This document shows, piece by piece, positions 29,372-39,521 of a stretch of DNA of 59,205 nt. Source of the stretch: a virus (lineage: Duplodnaviria > Caudoviricetes); the IMG/VR virus record IMGVR_UViG_3300036939_000018, positions 1 through 59,205 of that record; one strand, written 5' to 3'. The translations under genes and the position numbers were made by a program. Numbering within the stretch: position 1 is the first letter of the stretch; each line of letters starts with the position of its first letter. The notes beneath the pieces were generated by a model, which ran no database searches, was not told the DNA's origin, and was given only the letters and a program-made list of their open reading frames with translations.

Positions 29372-31072
29372 ATGCCTCTTGCCCACATTACTAGACCTGC
29401 ATCGCAAATCAACAATAAAAGTGTAAAACGTCTTGTTGCTAAAACTATCTATGTAGATAGCATAAATGGCAACAATATTAACAGTGGAGCGAGTCAGGCT
29501 TTACCTGTGCAAACACTATCAAAAGCCAATGAGCTTTTGATAAACAATACTATTGTCTATCTGAAAAAGGGTCAAACATACAGGGGCACTATTTTTGTCG
29601 ATTTTGTCAACGGTTGTATTATTGACAGCTATGGAACAGGTAAGCACCCCATACTGGAGGGGACTGAGCCAATTAATAAGGCAAATTTTACCCTAACAAA
29701 TGGGCAAACAAAAACTTACCAAGTGTCATGGAGTTTTCCCGACTCTCTTGTTACTAATTGCAGTGAGTTTGGGGCTAGAGTTTGGGAGACAAATGTAGGA
29801 ATAGAAAAAGTATTAATCAAGAAAACTTCCATTGAAGACGTTGAATCCTCGCCTGGATCTTATTTTTCTGATTTAGGAAATAATACTGTTTATGTTCATC
29901 CGACTGATAGTACTAATCCAGTAACTAATAGTTTTACTTATGATGCTTGTGCTCATGCTGGCGGTATTCAAGGCTTAAGCAATAGCAGCAACGGAACTAG
30001 AGATAATATTGTCCGAAATATTCGAGTTCGGCGTCCAGGAGCCAATAACGGGGGGATTGTCCTAAGCCAAGAATGCTCTATCCTTAATTGTGCTGTTGAA
30101 TGGGGTGGCAAACATCATGTTTTGTTGGGCAGTGGGACTATTGACACTCTCTACTGCTATAAGGGTGACGAAGCCATCAACCCTATTGTATTTTTTGAAT
30201 CTAAAGCTTTTGTAGGAGGAACTAAAAGCCTAAAGTGTAGAAATATAAAAATAATAGATGTCGGAGATTCTCCTGGTGGAGTAATTTATTGTCACCTATT
30301 GACTGGTGAACGATATGAAACAACTCAGTTTGACGATTGTGTTATATCCCGTAACGGAAAAACAACGGGGTTTCATTGGGGCTCCTTGTTTGAAAGCAAA
30401 GAAATAATTTTTAACAACTGTTTGTCTATTGGTGGTCAAGCTGCTGTTGGACTAGATAGTAACCCAGACAAAATTGTAATGAATGGTTGCGAGATTATAG
30501 GGGCTGACAGAGGCATTCAGAGAAATGCTGTTTATACACCTGTTCAACAATTTATTTTTAATAATGGTGCCATAAAAGATTGTGGCTTTGCTTTTTATAT
30601 TGTTGGTCAGATGGACTTAGAAGTAACAAATAGTGTTTTTCAAAACACAACTCCTTTCACTTTTCCTAATCATTTCAACAAAAGCTACTCTGTCAATAAA
30701 TCTATTTTAAGAGGAAGACAAAACGAATTCGTCTATGATTTTTGGACTCAGCAAATAGATGGCACAAAAACAGGCGACTCTAACCTGTACGACACAAATG
30801 GTGTGAATCCAGATAGATTCTATCGTTTAGGCTTTGATGCTGGCCATAGTTTGACAGAGTGGAAAACTAACTATGGAATAGACTTAAACACTCAGATTGA
30901 AACACCTATAAAATGGCAAGGAAATCCTTCACTGCGACAATATCAATTAGCTAGTAATTCACTGGGATTTGCTTCAGGCGTAGGAATATTAAATACATTT
31001 ACTCAAAAGTATCCAGGCTTAACTCCTGTACAAATTGAGACAACCATTAAAGCGGAGGCTGACGCATTGTAA
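29372..31072 (+). CDS. Parallel beta-helix tailspike/depolymerase-like protein
   Basis: IYVDSINGNN.NSG...PVQTL..AN and YLKKGQTY pectate-lyase-like start; Asn/Cys ladders. Confidence 0.75.
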   Translation: MPLAHITRPASQINNKSVKRLVAKTIYVDSINGNNINSGASQALPVQTLSKANELLINNTIVYLKKGQTYRGTIFVDFVNGCIIDSYGTGKHPILEGTEPINKANFTLTNGQTKTYQVSWSFPDSLVTNCSEFGARVWETNVGIEKVLIKKTSIEDVESSPGSYFSDLGNNTVYVHPTDSTNPVTNSFTYDACAHAGGIQGLSNSSNGTRDNIVRNIRVRRPGANNGGIVLSQECSILNCAVEWGGKHHVLLGSGTIDTLYCYKGDEAINPIVFFESKAFVGGTKSLKCRNIKIIDVGDSPGGVIYCHLLTGERYETTQFDDCVISRNGKTTGFHWGSLFESKEIIFNNCLSIGGQAAVGLDSNPDKIVMNGCEIIGADRGIQRNAVYTPVQQFIFNNGAIKDCGFAFYIVGQMDLEVTNSVFQNTTPFTFPNHFNKSYSVNKSILRGRQNEFVYDFWTQQIDGTKTGDSNLYDTNGVNPDRFYRLGFDAGHSLTEWKTNYGIDLNTQIETPIKWQGNPSLRQYQLASNSLGFASGVGILNTFTQKYPGLTPVQIETTIKAEADAL

Positions 31073-31866
31073 TGTTTCTTAATAAACACCGTGGAATGGT
31101 TGCCAGTAAAAAACCCATCCCGACAACGTCTTTAAACTTGCATTCTGATGTTATTGCTTATAGGGATAGAATAATAGCAAAAGGCAGTACAATATCTAAC
31201 TCTGATCTGTCTGCATTGGATACTTGGGCAAGAACCATAATTGACGCCAATCTAAAAAGCTTGTTTCTTGCGTTTTATCCTTATGCTGGGAATGACTGGA
31301 TTTCTGCAAGAGAAGCTCTGTGGGTTCCCAATGGTGCGCCTACTCAGTTAGCTCTTGTAGGTACTAATTTTACTTCGTCTAATTATACTCGAATCACTGG
31401 ATTTGCAGGAGACGGTACACAAGGCTTTAGCACTGGGTTTTCCTTTAATGGTGCGTCAAATTGGAGCTATTCTGTTTATTTGCGAACCAGTGGGAATAAT
31501 AGCGTACAAATAGGTACAGGTAGCGGTGATAGTGATTATTTAGCACAAAATTTTAGTGGAATAAGTTATTACTCTAATTCTAGTGGACACATTGACGGTA
31601 CGTTTCAGGGGTGGTATACAGCACAATATTCTAATTTATTGCGTAATGGTGTTCTTTTACACACTAATACTAATGTAAATAGCGGCATTGTTGCTAGTAA
31701 TCAAAATACATATATTCATGGGCGCAATAATCAAGGCGCTTTGTTTCAAGGAACCAATAGAAGCATAGGTTGCGTAGCTGTTAGTACTACTAAAACTCCT
31801 GCTCAAGATTTAACAATTTATAATGCAGTTCAGACCTTAATGACTGCTTTTGGTAGATCTGTATAG
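31072..31866 (+). CDS. Tail fibre/lectin-like structural protein
   Basis: Gly/Asn/Ser-rich concanavalin-like composition; ends IYNAVQTLMTAFGR. Confidence 0.6.
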   Translation: MFLNKHRGMVASKKPIPTTSLNLHSDVIAYRDRIIAKGSTISNSDLSALDTWARTIIDANLKSLFLAFYPYAGNDWISAREALWVPNGAPTQLALVGTNFTSSNYTRITGFAGDGTQGFSTGFSFNGASNWSYSVYLRTSGNNSVQIGTGSGDSDYLAQNFSGISYYSNSSGHIDGTFQGWYTAQYSNLLRNGVLLHTNTNVNSGIVASNQNTYIHGRNNQGALFQGTNRSIGCVAVSTTKTPAQDLTIYNAVQTLMTAFGRSV

Positions 31867-31867
31867 T

Positions 31868-32389
31868 ATGCCTAGAGGTAACGTTAGTAAGCTTGAATAT
31901 TTACGTCCAGAGATCATTGAAAAATATCTCTCAGGAAAAACGGGCGGTGAACTTGTTGCTGAGTACTCACAGATCCCACGCGCAACCGTCTACAGATGGC
32001 TCAAGGAAGTCAAAGATCTGACTGAGACGCCTACGAGACAACCACAGAGTGATGAAGCTTCTACGCCCACTGTGTCTCAATCTAAGGCTAGTCTCAGTCT
32101 TGTTACATTGCCTATGAGCGATAAAGTAGAAGATACTCTGCCTGACTTACAATACCTTAAACGTAAGCTCAGAAAAATTATTAATACTGATGGCGATTCG
32201 CTCAGCAAGAACGACAATATAAGAGTAAATGCTATAAGTTGCTACTTGAAGGTTGTTGTAATTGAACATGGCAATAAACAGATCGCCCTCGAAGATGAAG
32301 ACGATCTACAAGAAGAGGAAATTGATTACAGTAAGTTATCCGATGAGGAATTGACGGACTTATATCATAAGAAGCTTAAGTCTATTTAG
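31868..32389 (+). CDS. terS: Terminase small subunit
   Basis: N-terminal HTH (IPRATVYRW), C-terminal DYSKLSDEEL; directly upstream of TerL. Confidence 0.75.
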   Translation: MPRGNVSKLEYLRPEIIEKYLSGKTGGELVAEYSQIPRATVYRWLKEVKDLTETPTRQPQSDEASTPTVSQSKASLSLVTLPMSDKVEDTLPDLQYLKRKLRKIINTDGDSLSKNDNIRVNAISCYLKVVVIEHGNKQIALEDEDDLQEEEIDYSKLSDEELTDLYHKKLKSI

Positions 32390-32393
32390 AAAG

Positions 32394-33923
32394 ATGTCAG
32401 TAGTTATTGACAAACAAAAAATACTTTTAAACCGAATAAAGCTATTAGAAAAAGCGTCAAAAGACAAAAGTTTTCGACAGTTATTTAAAATAAAATGTTC
32501 TAGAGATATTATATTTTTTTGCAATAGTATTTGCTGCACTTACGACCCGCGCAAAAAACCTGCGATGATTCCTTTCATCCTCTTTCCAAAACAAGAGGAA
32601 TATTTGCTATGGAGAAATGAAAGACGCGCCAAAAAAGAACATGGCTTAGTAGAGAAAAGCAGGGATGCTGGTCTCACATACCTCAACGTTCTCTCACAAA
32701 CTCATGCATGGCTATTTGAGAGCGGTTATTCAGGACTATTGGCAAGTCGTAAGGAAATACTGGTGGATCGCCGTGGTGACCCCTCGTCTATCTTTGAGAA
32801 AATAAGAATCATTCTCAGATATCTACCAATCTGGATGTTGCCCGAGGATTTTAGATGGTCTGAACATGATAACTATATGCGTCTCATTAATCCTGAAAAT
32901 GGAAATGTGATAACTGGGGAAGCAGGATCATCCATTGGGAGGGGAGGAAGATCTTCTGTAGTAGACCTAGATGAGTTTGCATTCCTTGAACATCCTGAAC
33001 AAGTAGACGCCGCTGTATCACAAAATAGTGATTGTGTAATCTATACCTCAACTCCTAATGGGATAGGAAATCTGTTTTACAAAAAACGCCATAGTCACAG
33101 AATGCCAGTGTTCACTATGCGATGGACAGATCATCCTGAAAAAGATCAGCAATGGTATGACAAACAAGTCAGAACTCTTGACCCTATTGTATTAGCTCAA
33201 GAAGTAGACGTTGATTACACGGCGTCCGCAGAAGGAGTATACATATTAGCCAAGTGGGTGCAAGCTGCGATCGCCAATCCTCTCCCTATGCTCCCAATGT
33301 ATGGTGAAAATGTGGCAGCAGTAGACGTTGCTGGCAGTGGACAAAATAAGACCGTATGGGGGGCACGTAAAGGCCCAGTAGTGTATCAGATCAGAGAGTG
33401 GCAAGGTAAAAACACTACTGAGTCTGGCTATGATGTGCGCGACCTGATGATTGAACATGAATGCACACATCTAACCTATGACGCCGATGGCATTGGCTCG
33501 CAGTTGTGCAATGCCTGGATAGGCGATAACTTACCTTTTAGTGTGTATCCCTTTCATGGCAATGGAACGCCCTCTGAGCGTGTCTGGGAGGGAGAAGACA
33601 AAACAAGTAAGCAGAAGTTCAGGAACGCACGGGCGGAGGCTTATGGTCTTATTCGTGAGAGGTTCAGGAAGACTTATGAGAACTTGCATGGCATAAAGTC
33701 CTATCCGGTTGAAGACTTGATTAGTATCCCTAATCACCCTACTCTCATTGCACAGTTAAGCGTCCCCAAGTATAAGAGGGACGCTAGTGGCAAATATTTG
33801 ATCGAGTCTAAAGAAGATATGAGAAAGCGGGGTATAGATTCTTGTGACCACGCGGATTGTCTAGCCTACCTGTTTTCGCCAACAGAAAGTGCTATTGATG
33901 AGTTTGAAGCGTGGCTAAGCTAG
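32394..33923 (+). CDS. terL: Terminase large subunit
   Basis: EKSRDAGLT (Walker A variant), GRGGR, LDEFAF, STPNG, DVAG nuclease motif, D.ADCL. Confidence 0.93.
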   Translation: MSVVIDKQKILLNRIKLLEKASKDKSFRQLFKIKCSRDIIFFCNSICCTYDPRKKPAMIPFILFPKQEEYLLWRNERRAKKEHGLVEKSRDAGLTYLNVLSQTHAWLFESGYSGLLASRKEILVDRRGDPSSIFEKIRIILRYLPIWMLPEDFRWSEHDNYMRLINPENGNVITGEAGSSIGRGGRSSVVDLDEFAFLEHPEQVDAAVSQNSDCVIYTSTPNGIGNLFYKKRHSHRMPVFTMRWTDHPEKDQQWYDKQVRTLDPIVLAQEVDVDYTASAEGVYILAKWVQAAIANPLPMLPMYGENVAAVDVAGSGQNKTVWGARKGPVVYQIREWQGKNTTESGYDVRDLMIEHECTHLTYDADGIGSQLCNAWIGDNLPFSVYPFHGNGTPSERVWEGEDKTSKQKFRNARAEAYGLIRERFRKTYENLHGIKSYPVEDLISIPNHPTLIAQLSVPKYKRDASGKYLIESKEDMRKRGIDSCDHADCLAYLFSPTESAIDEFEAWLS

Positions 33924-33929
33924 AGAGTT

Positions 33930-34334
33930 TTACATCGGTGGATAATAGTTTGATTGTATTTCCTGAATATCCTTGATTGTTTCCACCTCTTCAACATAAG
34001 CATAATCTAATGTACAAAAAGGCTTTTGATTGTTTAGTAAGTCCTCATAGGTGTTTCCGTCATACGGTTTTGACTGAACACCAACAACCGTTCCTTCAGT
34101 GCTGACGTACAATACTTCGCCCGGATGATACCAAGTTAGATGGTGAATAACTTGATATTTTCTTACACTGTGGTTTTGTTTTACCCATTGCCAAACCCTA
34201 TGAGCATCACCTGTGAACATAAGTTGTTCTCCTTTAAATATTGATCTTGCTCCCATTAGTCCTTTTTTTTCTACTGGAGGTTTTACACTGTAACCTAATT
34301 TAGCCAGCGTTTGATGTAGTGATAAGCTAGACAT
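33930..34334 (-). CDS. Hypothetical protein
   Basis: ORF with GGAG RBS. Confidence 0.65.
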   Translation of the reverse strand: MSSLSLHQTLAKLGYSVKPPVEKKGLMGARSIFKGEQLMFTGDAHRVWQWVKQNHSVRKYQVIHHLTWYHPGEVLYVSTEGTVVGVQSKPYDGNTYEDLLNNQKPFCTLDYAYVEEVETIKDIQEIQSNYYPPM

Positions 34335-34346
34335 TATTGGAACTCC

Positions 34347-34715
34347 TTATGCTTTAGCGGTTAAATCAATTGCGCGGTACTGTCCGGTATAGATAGACTT
34401 CATCAATGAACCAGAGACGCTGTTGGCCCAGTACTCTACATGCCAAGGGGTCAGCTTATTTAGTGCGTTCTCAGCAGCTTTATGGGTTTTATAGACGTTA
34501 AAACATCCTCCTAATTTTGTTACTATTCCCCAGACTCTACTGCCTGTTTTCTTGTCCAACAGTTCCATCACTGTTAATTTGATAACGCTCTTACTTACGA
34601 ATCTTGCACCCTTGCCAGCGACAACCACAAACCAGCATGTTGCCCACTCCTCGCACCGGATGATCCGGCTTGCTTCGATTTTCAGGTGTTGGGCGATCTG
34701 GTTTAGGGCGTTCAT
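34347..34715 (-). CDS. Hypothetical early protein (cassette)
   Basis: Own TTGACG...TAGACT promoter with operator at 34754-34769. Confidence 0.7.
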   Translation of the reverse strand: MNALNQIAQHLKIEASRIIRCEEWATCWFVVVAGKGARFVSKSVIKLTVMELLDKKTGSRVWGIVTKLGGCFNVYKTHKAAENALNKLTPWHVEYWANSVSGSLMKSIYTGQYRAIDLTAKA

Positions 34716-34817
34716 GGCTTTATCCTCGCTTGTGAATCCAGTCTAATCTTATTGTTATTCAATCGTCAATAGTTCAGGCAAAAGATTTTAACCGTAGTCG
34801 TACTATGTTCATATACG

Positions 34818-34943
34818 GCGTTAAGATACCAGTCTGTTGTTGAGTATAGGAGGGAGTCTAACGCCTTAGTGCAAGGTCTAAAAGTCTTGTCCTATATGAC
34901 TTCGATGCTCAGCAACATCAAAAGGATCTTGAAGGAGATCCTC
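34818..34943 (-). repeat. Dispersed element copy 9 (long class)
   Basis: Core 34818-34864; GATCCTC ends 34943. Confidence 0.9.
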
Positions 34944-35009
34944 CAGGAGATAGGCACTAAAAAGCCGCCTTACTATAAGGCGGCTTTTTCAAAATTAACT
35001 TAGCTTACG

Positions 35010-35207
35010 TCATACTACGTTATTGGTTTTTCTCCAATACTTGGTTAGCCATACTTCAAACTTTAGATTTTCGTGCTCCACAATTATTGTCCCTGGTTCC
35101 GATGACTTACCTGACATAGATACATCTATAGCAAACCATTCATCATCATGTAGTCTGGCTGCTAACTTTGCGGCTTGATTCAGTAAGTCTTCAGTAATTT
35201 GTGGCAT
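35010..35207 (-). CDS. Hypothetical early protein (cassette)
   Basis: Own promoter (operator 35250-35265) and terminator near 34960-34990; between element copies 9 and 10. Confidence 0.7.
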   Translation of the reverse strand: MPQITEDLLNQAAKLAARLHDDEWFAIDVSMSGKSSEPGTIIVEHENLKFEVWLTKYWRKTNNVV

Positions 35208-35313
35208 GGTCTTATCCTCATTTGCTTGTAAATCCAGTCTAATCTCTTTGTTATTAAATCGTCAACAATTCAAGCAAGAGATTTCACCCGTTGTCGTACT
35301 ATGTTCATATAGG

Positions 35314-35439
35314 GCGTTAAGAACCCAGTTTGTTGTTGTGTATAGGAGGAAGTCTAACGCCTTGAAAGATAGGCTAAAAGTATTACTGTGTATGACTTCA
35401 ACACTCAGCAACATCAAAAGGATCTTGAAGGCGATCCTC
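35314..35439 (-). repeat. Dispersed element copy 10 (long class)
   Basis: Core 35314-35360; GATCCTC ends 35439. Confidence 0.9.
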
Positions 35440-35508
35440 CAGCAGATAGGAACAAAAAAGCCGCCCTTTACGAGCGGTTTTTTTTACTTTAGATTGACGT
35501 ATATCGGA

Positions 35509-35697
35509 CTATAGTCTACCAGTGCTGTAGAGCTTAGTTAAGTGCTTATCTGCTTGATGCTGTAACTCGTTTCCTAACTCATCTCTCAGAGCTGTTATTT
35601 GCGCCTCTAGGGCTTCTACCTCTGCTAGCTTACGTTATAGTTCTGTCTGGGCTTGTGTGACTTGTGATTGAATCTGGAGGGCCTTGGTGAAGTCCAC
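35509..35697 (-). pseudogene. Small coiled-coil gene with an in-frame TAA (cassette)
   Basis: MDFTKALQIQSQVTQAQTEL*RKLAEVEALEAQITALRDELG...; own promoter (operator 35741-35756) and terminator. Confidence 0.55.
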
Positions 35698-35804
35698 TGT
35701 AAGTACCTTTTCTCGCTTGCCTTACTAGCCTAATCTTACCGTTATATAAACGTCAATTATCCGAGCCAAAAGATTTATCCATACTCAGTACGAGTAGGTA
35801 TACG

Positions 35805-35930
35805 GCGTTAAGAACCCTGGTTGTTTATGAGTATAGAAGGAAGTTTAACGCCTGTTTTTAGCGCCTAAAAGCTAATCACAGCAAGCCTTACAGCGTTCTT
35901 GTCCCTCAGATGATATTGGGGCTGATCCTC
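35805..35930 (-). repeat. Dispersed element copy 11 (long class)
   Basis: Core 35805-35851; GATCCTC ends 35930. Confidence 0.9.
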
Positions 35931-35988
35931 TGCTCAGCTTGGCTCCTAGAAGATAATACGAGTGGAGTACAAGAATTACCTAAAGACA

Positions 35989-36219
35989 ATGGAATCAGAA
36001 CACAAGCTCCATGTATGGCTAACAGCATTGATCGTTGTTTTTTTTATTGGGACTATGTATTTAGACTTGCAGCACACCGAAGCAAGGTTTAAGCAAGTAG
36101 CAGAGCAAGAAGAAAGATTACACGCAAACTACGTCACTCAGTGTGCTTTAGCAACTGAACACAACACAGCTTGGTGCGAAATGCGATGGATGGAAGTAAT
36201 ACACAATCCCGTGCCCTAA
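35989..36219 (+). CDS. Small membrane-anchored protein (cassette)
   Basis: N-terminal TM helix; the only gene between element copies 11 and 12. Confidence 0.6.
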   Translation: MESEHKLHVWLTALIVVFFIGTMYLDLQHTEARFKQVAEQEERLHANYVTQCALATEHNTAWCEMRWMEVIHNPVP

Positions 36220-36243
36220 CCTCACTATAATCCGACTACAGAG

Positions 36244-36368
36244 GCGTTAGTCAACCCTGTTGTGTATGAGTATAGAGGAGAGTCTAACGCCTGTTTTTTA
36301 GCCTCAAATCCAATCACAGCAAGCGTTACAGCGTTATTGTCCCTCAGATGATATTGGGGCTGATCCTC
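36244..36368 (-). repeat. Dispersed element copy 12 (long class)
   Basis: Core 36244-36290; GATCCTC ends 36368; very similar to copy 11. Confidence 0.9.
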
Positions 36369-36548
36369 TGCTGAAAGAAACCTGACTTGTTATCACGTTC
36401 GATAATAGAAGATTGAATCTTACATTATCGAATAACCGTACGTTGGCGGCTGAAACCTATATACAGTAATCCTTTTCATGATTGTTACAAAATAGAAGGT
36501 TAAATCTTGCAATATGGACTACAATGTAAGAGTAGAGTAAAAAATCCA

Positions 36549-37988
36549 ATGACTAGCACAGACATAGAATTTGTTCAACGCGGCGGTAAAAATAAAATCG
36601 ATTCTCGTTTGCTAGCAAAAAATCTAGAAATAGACAGGCATAAGCAATGGCTTCAGGATCTAATTTTTTGCAATCCTGAGAACTTCATTGTTGATACGGG
36701 CGATGACATAGACATCGACTATCAAAAAAACAAGCGGGGCAAGCCAACCCGTTTCGTCTGGTTCACTGAGTCGCAATTCTACTACATCATATCGAAGTGT
36801 AATAACACACCACAAGTTACTAGGATTAAGGCCATGACAGCACAGAAGTTAGCCGAATTAAGAAACAAGTCTGGAGAAGTCCCTTGCTATAAGGCTGTCT
36901 GGGAACACAACACCAAGCGGTTATTAGTCAACAAAATAAATGATAAGGGATTGACCAATCCTGAAAAATACGTCTTTTATCACGAGAAAAACATTGAAAA
37001 CAAGTTCTCTCCAGATGAGTACTTTACAAAGTTCCTGTCAACACTTGAGCGTGAGACAGGTTATGTATTGCCGTGGTCGTTTGCGTTTGATGAGGGGGAA
37101 TGCTTACCAGTGCCACCTCAGTATTTTGAAAAGCTCAAGCAATACGACGACATCTCACGGCACGAAGATGAAGATGTTACCAATATGTGGGGAAATGAGG
37201 ATTTACCGTTTATACCCTTTGCTTACTGCTCAGAACGGCAAGCTGCAAACTGCTGGATAAATGCACCAGATAATCTTATGGAGGTGTGGAATGAGTTTGT
37301 TGAGAAGGCTTGCAAGTGTGTTGACGCCTACAACGATCCGAACCGAAAGGAGAATTATGGACTACCAACACACAAGGAAGTAGAGGAGGGAACTTATCCG
37401 TGTCCACCTGAAGATCCTGATTTTGTTACACCGCCTCTCGCTGAGCTTCTAGAGGTATCCGAAAGACTTAATGAGATAAACGACAATCGGATTAAGATCC
37501 TGGGCTTTCAAGTCCATAAGGACTGGTTAGACTGGTTGTCTAGTGATGAGCAGATGGCTCAATCAATGCGAAAGTTCTATTTAGGTTCTGACCGCCCTGT
37601 TGTTTTCCGGGCTTATCGTCCTTATTGTGATTTTGAAGACAACCCACAAATTAGTAGTGACACATTTGTTATTGAGTATCCGCAATGGGCAACAGAAGTA
37701 GACGGTTACACTCTATCCCAGCGTTCTGATTATTATTTTTTAGACACAAAACCAAACCCAGATGCACCACTATTTCAGACTATTCGCCTTTACGACAACA
37801 AATACAAAGTCCTTTTTGACTGGTATCTATACTATCTCTGGTTGCCACAGCACTCTATGAAATTCTTTGAGCAATGCGATCCGGCTGGTTATCCTCAGTT
37901 GGCTAAAGTAGTACAAGATTTGTCACAAGACAGCCGATTACCCATGATGTTCGTTCAATCCGTACAGAAACAATTGACAGGCACGTAA
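36549..37988 (+). CDS. Rha/AntA-like N-terminal domain plus unknown domain (paralog B)
   Basis: Shares IENKFSPDE, ETGY.LPW, LGFQVHKDWL.WL, SMRKFYLGS, DAPLFQT and WLPQHS.KFF with 24480-25922. Confidence 0.7.
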   Translation: MTSTDIEFVQRGGKNKIDSRLLAKNLEIDRHKQWLQDLIFCNPENFIVDTGDDIDIDYQKNKRGKPTRFVWFTESQFYYIISKCNNTPQVTRIKAMTAQKLAELRNKSGEVPCYKAVWEHNTKRLLVNKINDKGLTNPEKYVFYHEKNIENKFSPDEYFTKFLSTLERETGYVLPWSFAFDEGECLPVPPQYFEKLKQYDDISRHEDEDVTNMWGNEDLPFIPFAYCSERQAANCWINAPDNLMEVWNEFVEKACKCVDAYNDPNRKENYGLPTHKEVEEGTYPCPPEDPDFVTPPLAELLEVSERLNEINDNRIKILGFQVHKDWLDWLSSDEQMAQSMRKFYLGSDRPVVFRAYRPYCDFEDNPQISSDTFVIEYPQWATEVDGYTLSQRSDYYFLDTKPNPDAPLFQTIRLYDNKYKVLFDWYLYYLWLPQHSMKFFEQCDPAGYPQLAKVVQDLSQDSRLPMMFVQSVQKQLTGT

Positions 37989-38120
37989 GACTTCTGATCA
38001 CCAGCTTGTCTTATACCTGTTCGACTATGAGACTTTTGACTTAGCTAACGTTCGAGCGGTGTGCAGCAAAGTAGGAATTGAAGTGATGCTGCACAAGTAA
38101 GACAAAATAATATTGAACAA

Positions 38121-38152
38121 CAAAAAGCCGTCTAATGTTAGGCGGCTTTTTG
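38121..38152. terminator. Bidirectional terminator
   Basis: CAAAAAGCCGTCTAA TG TTAGGCGGCTTTTTG between convergent genes. Confidence 0.75.
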
Positions 38153-38166
38153 TTCTGTGTGAGGAT

Positions 38167-38499
38167 TTATTCGTTTATCCAGTTTTGACCGTTCCAGCGT
38201 TTTACATAGTTTTTGTTTTCATCTAGAATAAATTTCTCGCCAAAATAATGAAGCTTACCTTCTACAAGAAAGCGAGCGTAACCAGTAGAACCTCTTCTCG
38301 TTGTCTCATGGCCATCAAATTCTACTGTGTGTCCACATAAGAGCAGTTCTGCCATCCAGTCTTTGAATGTTCTACTAGAACCTAATACGCAGCCTTTAGA
38401 ATTGGGAGTTCTTAAAATTACTCCTTCCACTTTTTTAGGTAAACTTTTACCCGCAGGATAATATTCGTGCTTAAATTTGAGTCCTTTATGAGTGGTCAT
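38167..38499 (-). CDS. Hypothetical early protein
   Basis: Promoter with operator at 38546-38561 and AAGCGAG leader. Confidence 0.7.
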   Translation of the reverse strand: MTTHKGLKFKHEYYPAGKSLPKKVEGVILRTPNSKGCVLGSSRTFKDWMAELLLCGHTVEFDGHETTRRGSTGYARFLVEGKLHYFGEKFILDENKNYVKRWNGQNWINE

Positions 38500-38612
38500 A
38501 ACTTCATCCTTTTGCTCGCTTGCTTACTTACTATCCTATTGAGTTGTTATGTAAAAGTCAATACTGTTGTGCCACCTCCCACAATCCCACCAATCAACCC
38601 GACCTGACAAGA

Positions 38613-38726
38613 GCGTTAGACTATCCTGCTTTTCTTGTGTATAAGGAAGGTCTAACGCCGCTCAAGACGTTGATATATGGTCATCTGAGGCTGATTATCC
38701 CCACAATGATCGAGGGTGAGATCATC
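38613..38726 (-). repeat. Dispersed element copy 13 (short class)
   Basis: Core 38613-38658 (46 bp); GATCATC ends 38726. Confidence 0.85.
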
Positions 38727-38834
38727 ACAGCAGCAATACGTCAGTTTACGCTTATTTACGTCTCTGCTAATTATAAAATGACGTTTATGTAACAATGATT
38801 CATACTGACCTATGTTAACCACAGGAATAATCAA

Positions 38835-39293
38835 ATGAGCCTAGACGTTTATCTGAAATCTGCTCAACCAATTACTAAGAAATCTACAGGCATCTTTATC
38901 CGGCAAGAAGGCAGTACAAAAGAAGTCACTGTGGAAGAGTGGAATAGTCTTAACCCGGACAGGGCGATCACTGTAGGAGACATTGAAGAATCAGAATACG
39001 AGTCTGAATACGTCTATGAAGCAAACATCACTCACAACATGGGGGTAATGGCAGGTGAGTGTGGTGTTTATGAGGTTGTATGGCATCCTAACGCCTATGG
39101 CATTACAACTGCTCAACAACTTATACAACCGCTCACAGAGGCCATCAAAAAGCTCAAAGCCGATCCTGAATATTACGAGCAATTCAATCCACCAAACAAG
39201 TGGGGTAACTATAAGGCCTTGCTACTGTTTCTTGAGAATTACCTGGAAGCTTGCAAAGAAAATCCTGATGCTTTAGTGAGCGTATCACGATAA
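38835..39293 (+). CDS. Conserved phage hypothetical protein
   Basis: MSLDVYL, ANITHNM..MA and NPPNKWGNY motifs; between element copies 13 and 14. Confidence 0.75.
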   Translation: MSLDVYLKSAQPITKKSTGIFIRQEGSTKEVTVEEWNSLNPDRAITVGDIEESEYESEYVYEANITHNMGVMAGECGVYEVVWHPNAYGITTAQQLIQPLTEAIKKLKADPEYYEQFNPPNKWGNYKALLLFLENYLEACKENPDALVSVSR

Positions 39294-39348
39294 AAATCCT
39301 TTGTTGTAACAAGTCCAAAGACGCCTCTTTTTTTAGGCGTTTTTTTTT

Positions 39349-39464
39349 GCGTTAGACCACCTCTGTGGATTTGAGTATAGAACAGGGTTTAACGTCGCCT
39401 ATAAGCCCTACTATATAAGCGTTTGAACCTTATTATCCTCGCTATGTTCCGAGTCTAGATCCTC
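39349..39464 (-). repeat. Dispersed element copy 14 (short class)
   Basis: Core 39349-39395; GATCCTC ends 39464. Confidence 0.9.
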
Positions 39465-39521
39465 AACAGCACCACCAGTTTAAAAGGGCGTAAAATAGGT
39501 TAAACCCTATTGCATCCCATC

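Noticed and set aside
34800-34811. GTACTATGTTC (also near 35296) as a cyanobacterial LexA box
   Set aside because: Half-site spacing is one base shorter than RGTAC-NNN-DGTWCB, and the motif is explained by the local duplication.
35635-35637. Stop-codon recoding
   Set aside because: Only a single in-frame TAA; all three stop codons terminate genes normally elsewhere and no suppressor tRNA is seen.
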